Virus record (IMG/VR): IMGVR_UViG_3300045988_129965
Location: 1 to 46,435 of that record
Length of the DNA: 46,435 nt
DNA from: a virus
Direction: 5' to 3' (one strand)
Part shown: positions 32,440-40,665 of the stretch, in pieces
Numbering within the stretch: the first letter of the stretch is position 1
Layout of the letters: each line of letters opens with the position of its first letter
Position numbers and translations under genes: made by a program
Notes under the pieces: generated by a model
Told to the model about the DNA's origin: nothing
Seen by the model: only the letters and a program-made list of their open reading frames with translations
The model's database searches: none

Positions 32440-32700
32440 TCCTGTAGTCAAAATCCCGTTTTGTAGTCAAGTCTGTTAACAGAAAAAGCGAGGAAAATCA
32501 ACGGGTTTTCGGCTTGACTACAAATGACTACAAAAATTCACCTAACTAATTGAATAGAGAAAATTGTACATAGGCGAGCGCGGGAGCGCGTGCGCGTACA
32601 CCCGCGCGAGGCTATATAGGAATTTTCTGTAGATTTTGTAGATTTTGTAACAACCCTTATTTTTCAAGGGTTTTTTTGACTACCGAATGACTACAGAAGG
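32440..32700. repeat. Repeat array B: TGTAG/CTACA motifs, a TTTTGTAGTCA..TGACTACAAA palindrome, and a core homologous to 3561-3689
   Basis: TGTAG occurs at 32443, 32462, 32628 and 32637. CTACA occurs at 32518, 32528 and 32691. The block 32591-32649 matches 3627-3685 at 56 of 59 positions. Confidence 0.9.
32653..32677 (+). terminator. Hairpin plus T7, a sequence relative of the 3526-3554 terminator
   Basis: ACCCTT/AAGGGT stem with a 7-nt loop, followed by T7. Confidence 0.65.
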
Positions 32701-32743
32701 GTATACAGTCCTGTTACGGACTGTTGCACGCGCCTTTTTTTGC

Positions 32744-33373
32744 TCACATACGGCCGATCAAGCCGTCGTTTCCCCGGTTGAACAGGCTGCGCAGCCAGAA
32801 GAACCCGCGCCCCTGGTCCATGGCGTCCCACAGCAGGGCGGCAATAATCAATAGCAGCAGCCCCGCCGTGAGACCGGCCAGGATGTAAATGGCCCGCCGC
32901 TGCAGCTTGTTTTCCTTTTTCAGGTATGCCAGGCTTTCGGCTTCCTCCTCCTTGGCGCGCGCCAGATCCTCGCGGGCGCAGGCGTCGCGGTGGGTTAGCT
33001 CGTTTTGATAATACTCGTTCTCGCCAGTCAGGCGCTCAATGCTTGCCTCCTGGCGCTGGATGATGGCCTGCAGATGCTCGGCCTCATCCGTCGGGGCCTT
33101 TTCGCAGTGCATATCCTGCGGGTGGACGCCCGCCAGGGCAAAGATGATCGGGCGGATCGTGCTGTAGCGGTATTCCGTGTACTGCCCCGGGCCGAAGATG
33201 CGGTCCACCGTGCTCTTTGACATGTTGGTCAGCTCCGCCAGGTCCTGGTTGGACAGGTGCTTTCGACGCTTCATCGCTTTGCACCAGGTCAGCAGCTCCT
33301 CAGGCGTAAAGGCCAGCAGGCGGTTCAGGCAATCCCGGCCCGGATGGTCACAGTCCTTGCACGATACGCACAT
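32744..33373 (-). CDS. Membrane-anchored HTH protein with an N-terminal Cys cluster, coiled coil and C-terminal TM helix
   Basis: GGGGAGGG RBS before ATG 33373. Features: CVSCKDCDHPGRDC, the HTH segment LSNQDLAELTNMSKSTVDRIF, and the TM helix AIYILAGLTAGLLLLIIAALLW. Confidence 0.65.
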   Translation of the reverse strand: MCVSCKDCDHPGRDCLNRLLAFTPEELLTWCKAMKRRKHLSNQDLAELTNMSKSTVDRIFGPGQYTEYRYSTIRPIIFALAGVHPQDMHCEKAPTDEAEHLQAIIQRQEASIERLTGENEYYQNELTHRDACAREDLARAKEEEAESLAYLKKENKLQRRAIYILAGLTAGLLLLIIAALLWDAMDQGRGFFWLRSLFNRGNDGLIGRM

Positions 33374-33505
33374 AACAAAACCCTCCCCATAAAATGTGCT
33401 GAAAACCCTCATAAACGATGCGGGATTTCTAAGCTGTTCATATTTACACCATATTTTACATGTGATAGGCTTTAAGTACCCCGCCCCCCGTGCCAATAAT
33501 TTCCG

Positions 33506-33535
33506 TTGCGATGCAGGATGTTATCTGAATATAAT
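33506..33535 (+). promoter_or_regulatory. Sigma-70-type promoter TTGCGA-18-TATAAT facing the cI 3' end
   Basis: -35 at 33506-33511 and -10 at 33530-33535. It is flanked by the 8-bp inverted repeat TGTTATCT/AGATAACA. Confidence 0.5.
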
Positions 33536-33576
33536 CATTGTTGGTAAGATAACAACGAATTAAAGGAGTACCGCAA

Positions 33577-33690
33577 ATGACCAGGGAAAAATACATTGCC
33601 GAGATCACCCGCCTGATGGAGAAAAGCCATGACGACGTGCTGCTGGATTTTATCCTAAAGCTCCTGCAGGCTGTCTCCTCGATTAGCTGA
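33577..33690 (+). CDS. Small protein (37 aa) convergent with cI and overlapping its 3' end
   Basis: AAAGGAG RBS 7 nt upstream. The product reads MTREKYIAEITRLMEKSHDDVLLDFILKLLQAVSSIS. Confidence 0.45.
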   Translation: MTREKYIAEITRLMEKSHDDVLLDFILKLLQAVSSIS

Positions 33691-34042
33691 TCAGGCTCTC
33701 CAACATATTTTTAACACCAGAAAGCTGCTTGGGCTCCAGGCGGTACAGCAGTTTGACCGCCTCGCAGAATACAGGATCATCCCCCAGGCGGACCACAATT
33801 TCCACCGCGACGGCGTTTTTCTTTTTCAGCTCTTCCTGCTGCCCCCAGCCCATTAGAGTGGCAGGCGTAACATTCAGCGCGTTTGCAAATGCGACGATCT
33901 TTTTCTGCGGCAGATCGCGTGTCCCCTGTTCTATTTTATTAATAGCGGATTTCGTTTTGTATCCGACTTTCAACGCCAATTCTTCCTGCGTCATCCCCGC
34001 CTGTTTGCGTGCTTCGGCGATATTTGCGCCAATATCATTCAC
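33683..34042 (-). CDS. XRE-family cI-like repressor
   Basis: HTH_3 pattern IGANIAEARKQAGMTQEELA. It is divergent from the cro-like gene. The GTG 34042 start has the better RBS spacing; GTG 34051 is the alternative. Confidence 0.85.
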   Translation of the reverse strand: MNDIGANIAEARKQAGMTQEELALKVGYKTKSAINKIEQGTRDLPQKKIVAFANALNVTPATLMGWGQQEELKKKNAVAVEIVVRLGDDPVFCEAVKLLYRLEPKQLSGVKNMLESLIS

Positions 34043-34065
34043 ATGGGTCACCCCCTTTCACAAAG

Positions 34066-34094
34066 ATATTAACATCAAGTAGGCATTTTGTCAA
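34066..34094 (-). promoter_or_regulatory. Leftward promoter for the cI operon (TTGACA-17-TAATAT)
   Basis: On the minus strand, -35 is at 34094..34089 and -10 at 34071..34066. Confidence 0.6.
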
Positions 34095-34121
34095 TTTTTT
34101 TACAGAAAGTGCAAAAATGGG

Positions 34122-34150
34122 TTGACAAAACGGATATCAGGATTTATACT
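34122..34150 (+). promoter_or_regulatory. Rightward early promoter (TTGACA-17-TATACT)
   Basis: -35 at 34122-34127 and -10 at 34145-34150. Confidence 0.7.
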
Positions 34151-34159
34151 CTTATCAGG

Positions 34160-34173
34160 TTGGCAAGTTGCCA
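34160..34173. promoter_or_regulatory. Operator-like palindrome TTGGCAAgTTGCCA just downstream of the early promoter
   Basis: Inverted repeat related to the perfect 19-bp palindrome at 34419-34437. Confidence 0.55.
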
Positions 34174-34209
34174 CCTTCCAAAAGACGGATTTAGGAAGGA
34201 GGTTAGCAT

Positions 34210-34419
34210 ATGACAGACACGGAGAAACTGCGCAAGCGCATCGCGGCATCCGGTCTCAAGCACGCTTTTATAGCAAAATGTATGGGAATCGGCACCGCAG
34301 CGCTCACAAACAAGATCATGAATCGTTCGGATTTCAAATCCCGCGAGATTAACGATCTGTGCGATCTGCTCGGGATCGATGATCTGCAGGAAAAAGACGC
34401 GATTTTTTTTGCTAAATAA
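34210..34419 (+). CDS. Cro-like small HTH regulator
   Basis: 69 aa and the first gene of the rightward operon. It contains the HTH-like segment FIAKCMGIGTAALTNKI and has a GGAAGGAGG RBS. Confidence 0.65.
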   Translation: MTDTEKLRKRIAASGLKHAFIAKCMGIGTAALTNKIMNRSDFKSREINDLCDLLGIDDLQEKDAIFFAK

Positions 34420-34437
34420 GTTGGCAATTTGCCAACT
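34419..34437. promoter_or_regulatory. Perfect 19-bp palindrome AGTTGGCAAtTTGCCAACT between the cro-like and antirepressor genes
   Basis: Exact dyad symmetry. It sits immediately before the antirepressor RBS. Confidence 0.6.
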
Positions 34438-34452
34438 TTAAGGAGGTACCGC

Positions 34453-35157
34453 ATGAACGATCTGAAAGTTTTCGAGAACTCCAGCCTCGGCAGGGTGCGC
34501 GTGGTAGACCGCAACGGCGAACCCTGGTTTGCAGCCTCGGACGTATGCCGCGCGCTCAATCACACGAACACGACGGTGGCCTTGCAGATGCTTGATGCAG
34601 ATGAGGTGGCTAAGCAAAGTTTAGGGCAGGTCTCCTGCAATGGCGTGACGCAGAACCGTGAGATCAACGTCATCAGCGAATCTGGCCTGTACACCCTGAT
34701 CTTCCGCAGCAACCGCCCCGAGGCCAAGGCCTTCAAACGCTGGGTGACGCACGAGGTGCTGCCGGCCATCCGCCGCACGGGGCGCTATGAGGCGCCGGGC
34801 GCGGAGGGCATCACCCCGGCCATGGTGCTGGAGGCGGCGCAGGTGCTGAGCAGCTGTCCCCCGGAGATCCGGTTCTGCGTCCACAAGATGCTCAGCGACG
34901 CGGGCTTCAACCTGGCCCCGCTGGGGCTGAGGGCCCTGCACGTGCCCGGCAAGGACGAGCGCAAGGCCCAGTTCGCCCGCTGGTTCGATCACGAGTGTAT
35001 GCAGCGCTACGCCACCTCGATCGACGCCGCCGAAGCCCTGGGCACGTCGGACGCCAACATCTGCCGCTGGCGCACCGGCCAGAACTTCCCGCAGGCGCGG
35101 CTGCTCAATGTGATCATCAACAACTTTGGACCCATGCCGGAGGTGATGGAGGAATGA
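34453..35157 (+). CDS. BRO-N domain antirepressor-like protein
   Basis: The N-terminus FENSSLGRVRVVDRNGEPWFAASDVCRALN...ESGLYTLIFRSNRPEAKAFKRWVTHEVLPAIR is a BRO-N signature. Confidence 0.8.
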   Translation: MNDLKVFENSSLGRVRVVDRNGEPWFAASDVCRALNHTNTTVALQMLDADEVAKQSLGQVSCNGVTQNREINVISESGLYTLIFRSNRPEAKAFKRWVTHEVLPAIRRTGRYEAPGAEGITPAMVLEAAQVLSSCPPEIRFCVHKMLSDAGFNLAPLGLRALHVPGKDERKAQFARWFDHECMQRYATSIDAAEALGTSDANICRWRTGQNFPQARLLNVIINNFGPMPEVMEE

Positions 35158-35360
35158 AGCGCAAGCAGGATACCTACCAGCTGACTCAGACCATGCAGTA
35201 CGGCAACTGCACCATCGAGATCTATCGCCCGGTGTTTGCCACCGCCGAGGAACGCGCGGCCCGCGAGCGCCAGGTGGCCGAGGAGCTGGGCAACGCCCTG
35301 AGCATGATCTACGCCCGCGAGGCCCGCGAGCGTGCGCAGAAGGCGGTGGCGGTATGCTGA
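35154..35360 (+). CDS. Hypothetical protein (68 aa)
   Basis: ATGA-coupled start. Confidence 0.5.
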   Translation: MKRKQDTYQLTQTMQYGNCTIEIYRPVFATAEERAARERQVAEELGNALSMIYAREARERAQKAVAVC

Positions 35361-35698
35361 AAACCTTCTGCGTATGCGATCGCTGCGGCGCGGTTGCCGC
35401 CCCGATCACCGTCGGCGGCGTGGAGTTCTTCCCTGCCGGCTGGACGGAGGGCAAGCCAAACGGCCTGGACCTGTGCCCCGAGTGTGTCCGCGAGGCGCTC
35501 TGCCCCATGAACCGGATGTACGAGGCCGTGGGCTACACAGCCAGCGGCACCCGCCACGCCTGCACGGCCCGCAGCCTGCGCGCCGCCGTCCAGCGCCTGA
35601 CGGAAACCGGGCGGCTGTATCACTTTAAGCACGTGATGATCAAGCGCCTGCCGATATCCGAGCTGCGGCAGGGCCGCGAGGGGAGGTGGACGCCATGA
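35354..35698 (+). CDS. Hypothetical Cys-motif protein (114 aa)
   Basis: Contains CVCDRCG...CPEC. Confidence 0.5.
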   Translation: MLKTFCVCDRCGAVAAPITVGGVEFFPAGWTEGKPNGLDLCPECVREALCPMNRMYEAVGYTASGTRHACTARSLRAAVQRLTETGRLYHFKHVMIKRLPISELRQGREGRWTP

Positions 35699-35895
35699 TG
35701 TTTACCGACGATCCGGTGGCGGACTTTGAGCGCTACGACGCCCGGCAGGAGCAAATGCTTTCCCGCCGCCCCGTGTGCACCGACTGCGGCGAGCACATCC
35801 AGGCCGAGTACTTCTACCTGATCAACGATGAGCCTATCTGCCCGGTGTGTCTGCGCCGCAACTACCGCAAGGTCACCGAGGACTACACGGAGTAG
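35695..35895 (+). CDS. Small Zn-ribbon protein (66 aa)
   Basis: ATGA-coupled start; contains CTDCG...CPVC. Confidence 0.5.
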   Translation: MMFTDDPVADFERYDARQEQMLSRRPVCTDCGEHIQAEYFYLINDEPICPVCLRRNYRKVTEDYTE

Positions 35896-35907
35896 GAGGT
35901 GAAGGCC

Positions 35908-35988
35908 GTGCATCCCGTGGTACTGATCACCGCAATCCTGTGCCTGACGCTGATCGCCCTGGCGCTGATCGGCAGCAAGAAGAAGTAA
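35908..35988 (+). CDS. Possible 26-aa hydrophobic peptide
   Basis: GTG follows GGAGGTGAAGG. The product reads VHPVVLITAILCLTLIALALIGSKKK. Confidence 0.3.
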   Translation: MHPVVLITAILCLTLIALALIGSKKK

Positions 35989-36015
35989 AACCCAAGAATA
36001 TAGGAGGAAAAGAGC

Positions 36016-36378
36016 ATGGAAATCAAGATTACCGCTGATAGCAAGCTGCTGGAGGCCCTGACCAACCTGGGCGAGGCCCTGCGCGCCGCGCTGGCGGGCG
36101 TCAGCGCCCCTGTGGCCGCGCCCGCGCCCAAGGACGAGCAAACCCCTGCCCCCAAGAAAAAGCCCGCCACAGCGCAGCCTGAGCCCAAAGACACGGCCCC
36201 GCTGATCGACTTTGCGGCCCTGCGCGCCGAGGCGCAGCAGATGGCCATCGTCAAGATTCAGGCGGGCAAGCGCGAGGAGGTCAAGGCGTTGGTTAAGCAG
36301 TGCGGCGGCACCCGCGTGGGCGATATCCCCGAGGACAACCTGACCGCCTTTGTGTTGGGACTGGAGGCGATCCAATGA
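36016..36378 (+). CDS. Hypothetical protein with a Pro/Ala/Lys-rich linker
   Basis: 120 aa with a GGAGGAAAAG RBS. Confidence 0.55.
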   Translation: MEIKITADSKLLEALTNLGEALRAALAGVSAPVAAPAPKDEQTPAPKKKPATAQPEPKDTAPLIDFAALRAEAQQMAIVKIQAGKREEVKALVKQCGGTRVGDIPEDNLTAFVLGLEAIQ

Positions 36379-36548
36379 ACGCCGCGATATCGTTCCTTCT
36401 GATCTTCCTGCCCGGGCTGGCGGTGTACATCGCTTTCCGGGCGCTGCGCCTGACCGGCCGGATCCTGGGGTTCCTGGCGGGCCGCGCGGCGCGGCTGTTG
36501 CAGCACGAGCTTGTGATGCGGCCACAGAGCCGCTACTTTGTGGGGTGA
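36375..36548 (+). CDS. Small membrane protein (57 aa)
   Basis: ATGA-coupled start; hydrophobic N-terminus AISFLLIFLPGLAVYIAF. Confidence 0.45.
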   Translation: MNAAISFLLIFLPGLAVYIAFRALRLTGRILGFLAGRAARLLQHELVMRPQSRYFVG

Positions 36549-36552
36549 GGAT

Positions 36553-37755
36553 ATGGCAAAGCGTAAGATCGACCACCAGAGCCGCAGCCACGCGCTGCTG
36601 AGCGCATCGGGCGCGGAGCTGTGGCTCAACTGCCCCGGCAGCGCCATCGCCGCCGAGCAGTACCCCGATGAGCAGACCGTTTTCACCCAGGAGGGCACCA
36701 TCGCCCACGAGGTGGCGCAGGTGTACGCCGAAAGCCTGCTGTCGCGCGAGGGCTTCCCCGGCCTGGACGCGGGGCTCAAGGAGCTCCGCGCCAAGTGGGG
36801 CGAGGCCATCACCGGCGAAATGCTGGAATGCGCCGAGGGCTACGCCGCCTACATCCAGGAGCACATGACGCCCACCAGCACGGTGCTGCTGGAGCAGCGG
36901 CTGGACTTTTCGCCCTGGGTGCCCGAGGGCTTTGGCACGGGCGACTGCATCATCATCGATGCCGGCCGCCTGACCGTGATCGACTACAAGTATGGCCAGG
37001 GCGTGGCCGTGGAAACGCGGGGCAACCCGCAGATGCGGCTGTACGCCCTGGGCGCCATCAACGACTACGGCTGTGTGTACGACTTTGACGAGGTGGTCAT
37101 GTCCATCTACCAGCCGCGCATCAACAACATCAGCGAATTCGCCGAGCCCGTGGAGGGGCTGCTGCAATGGGCCGAGACCGTGGTGCAGCCCACCGCCGCC
37201 GAGGCGTTCAGCGGCAGCCCGCGCTTTACCCCCGGCCCGCACTGCCGCAAGTTCTGCAAGCATGCCGGCCGTTGCCCGGCGCTGACCCAGTACTGCAGCG
37301 ACTTTGTGGAAACGCACGGCCTGCGGGCCGCCGTCCCCCACCTGATGGACGGCGAGTACCTTGAGATCGTTCAGATGGAGCCGCTGATCCGCATGTGGCT
37401 GGACCGCACGATGCGCACCGCCACGGACCGCATCCTGGCGGGCGACAAGATCGAGGGCCTGAAAGTGGTCGAGGGCCGCAGCCTGCGCAAGTGGAGCGAT
37501 GAGGACAAGGTCGAGAACGTCCTGCTCCACTCCCCGGCCATCGCTGATAACGACGCCGTCTACGAACCTGCGACCCTCAAGACCGTCGCGGCCATGGAAA
37601 AGGCCATCGGCAAGAAAAAGGTGGCCGAGCTCCTGGGCGATCTGATCGTCAAGGCCCCCGGCAAGCCCACGCTGGCCCTGGCCGTCGATAAGCGGCCGGA
37701 TTACAGCCTGGGCGCGGACTTTGAAAACCTGGACGCTGGAGGTGGGCAGCCGTGA
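36553..37755 (+). CDS. PD-(D/E)XK (Cas4/RecB-like) nuclease, DUF2800-like
   Basis: It has the segment GDCIIIDAGRLTVIDYKYG and a C-terminal Cys cluster, CRKFCKHAGRCP, and lies in conserved synteny with the DUF2815-like and polA genes. Confidence 0.7.
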   Translation: MAKRKIDHQSRSHALLSASGAELWLNCPGSAIAAEQYPDEQTVFTQEGTIAHEVAQVYAESLLSREGFPGLDAGLKELRAKWGEAITGEMLECAEGYAAYIQEHMTPTSTVLLEQRLDFSPWVPEGFGTGDCIIIDAGRLTVIDYKYGQGVAVETRGNPQMRLYALGAINDYGCVYDFDEVVMSIYQPRINNISEFAEPVEGLLQWAETVVQPTAAEAFSGSPRFTPGPHCRKFCKHAGRCPALTQYCSDFVETHGLRAAVPHLMDGEYLEIVQMEPLIRMWLDRTMRTATDRILAGDKIEGLKVVEGRSLRKWSDEDKVENVLLHSPAIADNDAVYEPATLKTVAAMEKAIGKKKVAELLGDLIVKAPGKPTLALAVDKRPDYSLGADFENLDAGGGQP

Positions 37756-37952
37756 TGAAGCTCGGCCATGTGACCGTCGTCCTGGTTGGTAAGGAATATG
37801 TGTTCCCGTATGTCGAGGACATGTCCGTTCGCACCGTTTGCAACAATACGCTGCTGCGGCTGGAAATCAGCCCCCGTGGCAGCGAAATGGTCTGTCTGGA
37901 TTTCACCCCGGCGCAGCTGCTGCGCATCGAGACGCGCGAGATCAAAGAATAA
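37755..37952 (+). CDS. Hypothetical protein (65 aa)
   Basis: TGATG-coupled start after GGAGGTGGG. Confidence 0.45.
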   Translation: MKLGHVTVVLVGKEYVFPYVEDMSVRTVCNNTLLRLEISPRGSEMVCLDFTPAQLLRIETREIKE

Positions 37953-37976
37953 CCTACATAGAAGGAGAGCAAAACC

Positions 37977-38528
37977 ATGTCTGAAAAAATCGTATTGAAA
38001 AACGTCCGTCTGAGCTATGAGCACATCTTCCACGCCGATGCGATCGGCGACAGCGAGCCCAAGTATTCGGCCAGCTGGATCATCCCCAAGGAGCACCCGC
38101 AGGTCAAGGCCGTCAAGGAGGCGCTGGTCAAGGCGCTGGATGAGAAATTCCCCGGCAAGCGCAAGCCCGGCGCGCCGTGGCCCAGCAGCTTCCACAGCCC
38201 GCTGGCCGACGGCGACGAAATGGCCGACGAGCATCCTGAGTATGCCGGCTGCTATGTGCTCAAATCCAGCAGCAAAAACCGCCCGCTGGTGATGGGCCGC
38301 CGCAAGGAGCAGCTCACCGAGGAGGACGGCGTGATCTATTCCGGCTGCTACTGCAACGCAAGTCTGGCCGCGGCGGGCTTTGAGTTTGAAAAGCTCAAGA
38401 AGGGCGTGACCGTGTATCTCAACGGCGTGCAGTTTGTCCGCGACGGCGAGCGCCTGGCGGGCTATGACGCCTCGGGCGACTTCGACGAGCTGGACGACGA
38501 GGCGGACGACTATGACGGCCTCATCTGA
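37977..38528 (+). CDS. DUF2815-like ssDNA-binding protein with an acidic tail
   Basis: N-terminus VLKNVRLSYEHIF and C-terminus DELDDEADDYDGLI. Confidence 0.7.
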   Translation: MSEKIVLKNVRLSYEHIFHADAIGDSEPKYSASWIIPKEHPQVKAVKEALVKALDEKFPGKRKPGAPWPSSFHSPLADGDEMADEHPEYAGCYVLKSSSKNRPLVMGRRKEQLTEEDGVIYSGCYCNASLAAAGFEFEKLKKGVTVYLNGVQFVRDGERLAGYDASGDFDELDDEADDYDGLI

Positions 38529-40467
38529 GCACACGCTGTTCGCTGATATCGAAACCTACAGCAGCGCAGATCTGGCCCGCGGCGGTGTGCGCAAGTACAC
38601 CGAGGCCCCGGACTTTGACATCCTGCTCATGTCCTACGCCTGGGATGACGAGCCCGTTCGCGTGTGGGATTTCACCGCGGACGGCCCGCCGCCCTGGCTG
38701 CGCGAGGCGCTGCTGGACGAGACGGTGCTCAAGGTGGCCTGGAACATTTCCTTTGAGCGCACCTGCTTTAACCGCTATTTTGACCTGTACACGCCGCCCG
38801 AGCAGTGGCGTGACGCCATGACCCTGGCCGCGATGAACGGCCTGCCCATGAGCCTGGAGGCGGCGGGCGCCGCCCTCCGGCTCACGGAGCAGAAGCTGGA
38901 CACCGGCAAGGCGCTGATCAATTACTTTTGCAAGCCCTGCCGGCCTACCAAGACAAACGGCGGGCGCACGCGCAACCTGCCCGAGCACGCCCCGGACAAG
39001 TGGCAGCAGTTCATCACCTACTGCGGCCGGGACACCGAGGTGGAGCGCACGATCTACAAGCGCCTGATCCATTTCCCCGTGACCGCCACCGAGCGGCGCG
39101 TGGAATGGGCGGACGCGCGCATCAACGAGCGCGGCGTGATGATCGACCGGCAGCTTGTGGCCTCGGCCATCCGCATGGACGACGCCTTCAAGGCCGAGCA
39201 CATGCAAGAGATGCAAAGGCTTACCGGGCTTGAAAACCCCAACAGCCTGGTGCAGCTCAAGGCCTGGCTGGCCACCCGGGGCCTCACGCCCGAGACGCTT
39301 GACAAAAAGGCCGTGACCGAGCTGCTTGGCACGGCCATTGACCCCACGACCCGGCGCGTGCTGCGGCTTCGCCAGCTGCTTGGCAAGAGCAGCACCGCCA
39401 AGTATACCGCCATGGAGGAGGCCGTTTGCAACGACGGCCGCATCCGAGGCCTGCTGCAGTACTACGGGGCGGGACGCACCGGCCGCTGGGCCGGCCGCCG
39501 CGTGCAGCTGCAAAACCTGGCACAAAACCACCTGGACCAGATCGACCTGGTGCGCGACATTGTCAAGCACGGCGATCTGGAAGGGCTGGAGCTGATATAC
39601 GACAACGTGCCCGATGTGCTCAGCCAGCTCATCCGCACGGCACTAATCGCAAAGGACGGGCACACCTTTCTGGTGGCCGACTATCACGCCATCGAGGCCG
39701 TGTGCATCGCCTATCTGGCGGGCGAGGGCTGGCGGCTGAACGTTTTCGCCGGCGACGGCAAGATCTACGAGGCCTCCTACGCCCAGGCCTTCGGCGTGCC
39801 CAAGGAAAGCGTGAAAAAGGGCACGCCCGAGCGCCAGAAGGGCAAAATCATGGAGCTGGCCCTGGGCTATGGCGGCGGGCCCTCCGCGCTGCTGGCCTTT
39901 GGCGCCGACAAGCTGGGGCTGGAACCCGAGCAGCTGCAGGAGCTGGTGGACAGGTGGCGCGCGGCGTCCCCCAAGATCACCGCCATGTGGCGCGCCTGTG
40001 AAAAGGCCGCCAAGGCCGCCATCCGCTGCCCGGGCAAGGCGTACAGGCTGAAAAACGCCTGCACCTACCTGCGGGATCGGGACGCGCTGCGGCTGATCCT
40101 GCCCAGCGGCCGCCGGCTTTCCTACTGGGGCGCCTGGCTGGACGAGGACAGCGGCAGCATCCGCTTTTTGGGCCAGAACCAGACCACCCGCAAATGGGAG
40201 CGCATGGAGACCTGGGGCGGGCGGTTGGTGGAAAACATCGTGCAGGCCTACGCCCGCGATATCCTGGCCGAGGCCATATTGCGCCTGGAGGCCGCGGGCT
40301 TCCCCGTGGTGTTCTCCGTGCACGACGAGTGCATTGTGGAGGCGCCCGAGGGCACCCGCTGGCAGGATATGGCCGAGATTATGGGCCAGCCCGTATCCTG
40401 GGCGCCGGGGCTGGACAAGTACCTGCACGCAGATGGATACGAGACAATATTTTACAGGAAGGACTGA
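38512..40467 (+). CDS. Family A DNA polymerase with a 3'-5' exonuclease domain
   Basis: Exo I motif FADIETYS, motif B-like KGKIMELALGYGGG, and motif C SVHDE. Confidence 0.92.
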   Translation: MTASSEHTLFADIETYSSADLARGGVRKYTEAPDFDILLMSYAWDDEPVRVWDFTADGPPPWLREALLDETVLKVAWNISFERTCFNRYFDLYTPPEQWRDAMTLAAMNGLPMSLEAAGAALRLTEQKLDTGKALINYFCKPCRPTKTNGGRTRNLPEHAPDKWQQFITYCGRDTEVERTIYKRLIHFPVTATERRVEWADARINERGVMIDRQLVASAIRMDDAFKAEHMQEMQRLTGLENPNSLVQLKAWLATRGLTPETLDKKAVTELLGTAIDPTTRRVLRLRQLLGKSSTAKYTAMEEAVCNDGRIRGLLQYYGAGRTGRWAGRRVQLQNLAQNHLDQIDLVRDIVKHGDLEGLELIYDNVPDVLSQLIRTALIAKDGHTFLVADYHAIEAVCIAYLAGEGWRLNVFAGDGKIYEASYAQAFGVPKESVKKGTPERQKGKIMELALGYGGGPSALLAFGADKLGLEPEQLQELVDRWRAASPKITAMWRACEKAAKAAIRCPGKAYRLKNACTYLRDRDALRLILPSGRRLSYWGAWLDEDSGSIRFLGQNQTTRKWERMETWGGRLVENIVQAYARDILAEAILRLEAAGFPVVFSVHDECIVEAPEGTRWQDMAEIMGQPVSWAPGLDKYLHADGYETIFYRKD

Positions 40468-40474
40468 CGCAGAT

Positions 40475-40651
40475 ATGAAAATCACCCTTGAACTGCCTGA
40501 TAAAACGACTTTACTCGGGCTTTTCCTCAATGTTTCAGACGGCAAACAGAAAATCGTGACAACCAACTGGTTGACGGATGCAAAGGACGGCAAAATCATC
40601 CACTGCGATGAGAACTGCAAAATCGTAGAAACCTTACCAGATTCTAAATAA
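40475..40651 (+). CDS. Small hypothetical protein (58 aa), in a visibly A/T-richer insert
   Basis: ATG start, in frame with the track ORF 40334..40651. Confidence 0.45.
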   Translation: MKITLELPDKTTLLGLFLNVSDGKQKIVTTNWLTDAKDGKIIHCDENCKIVETLPDSK

Positions 40652-40665
40652 AGGACTGATAACAC

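Noticed and set aside
38434-38511. Upstream start for the polymerase overlapping the DUF2815-like gene by about 95 nt.
   Set aside because: The extension is Arg/Thr-rich out-of-frame shadow sequence. ATG 38512 immediately precedes the conserved Exo I motif region.
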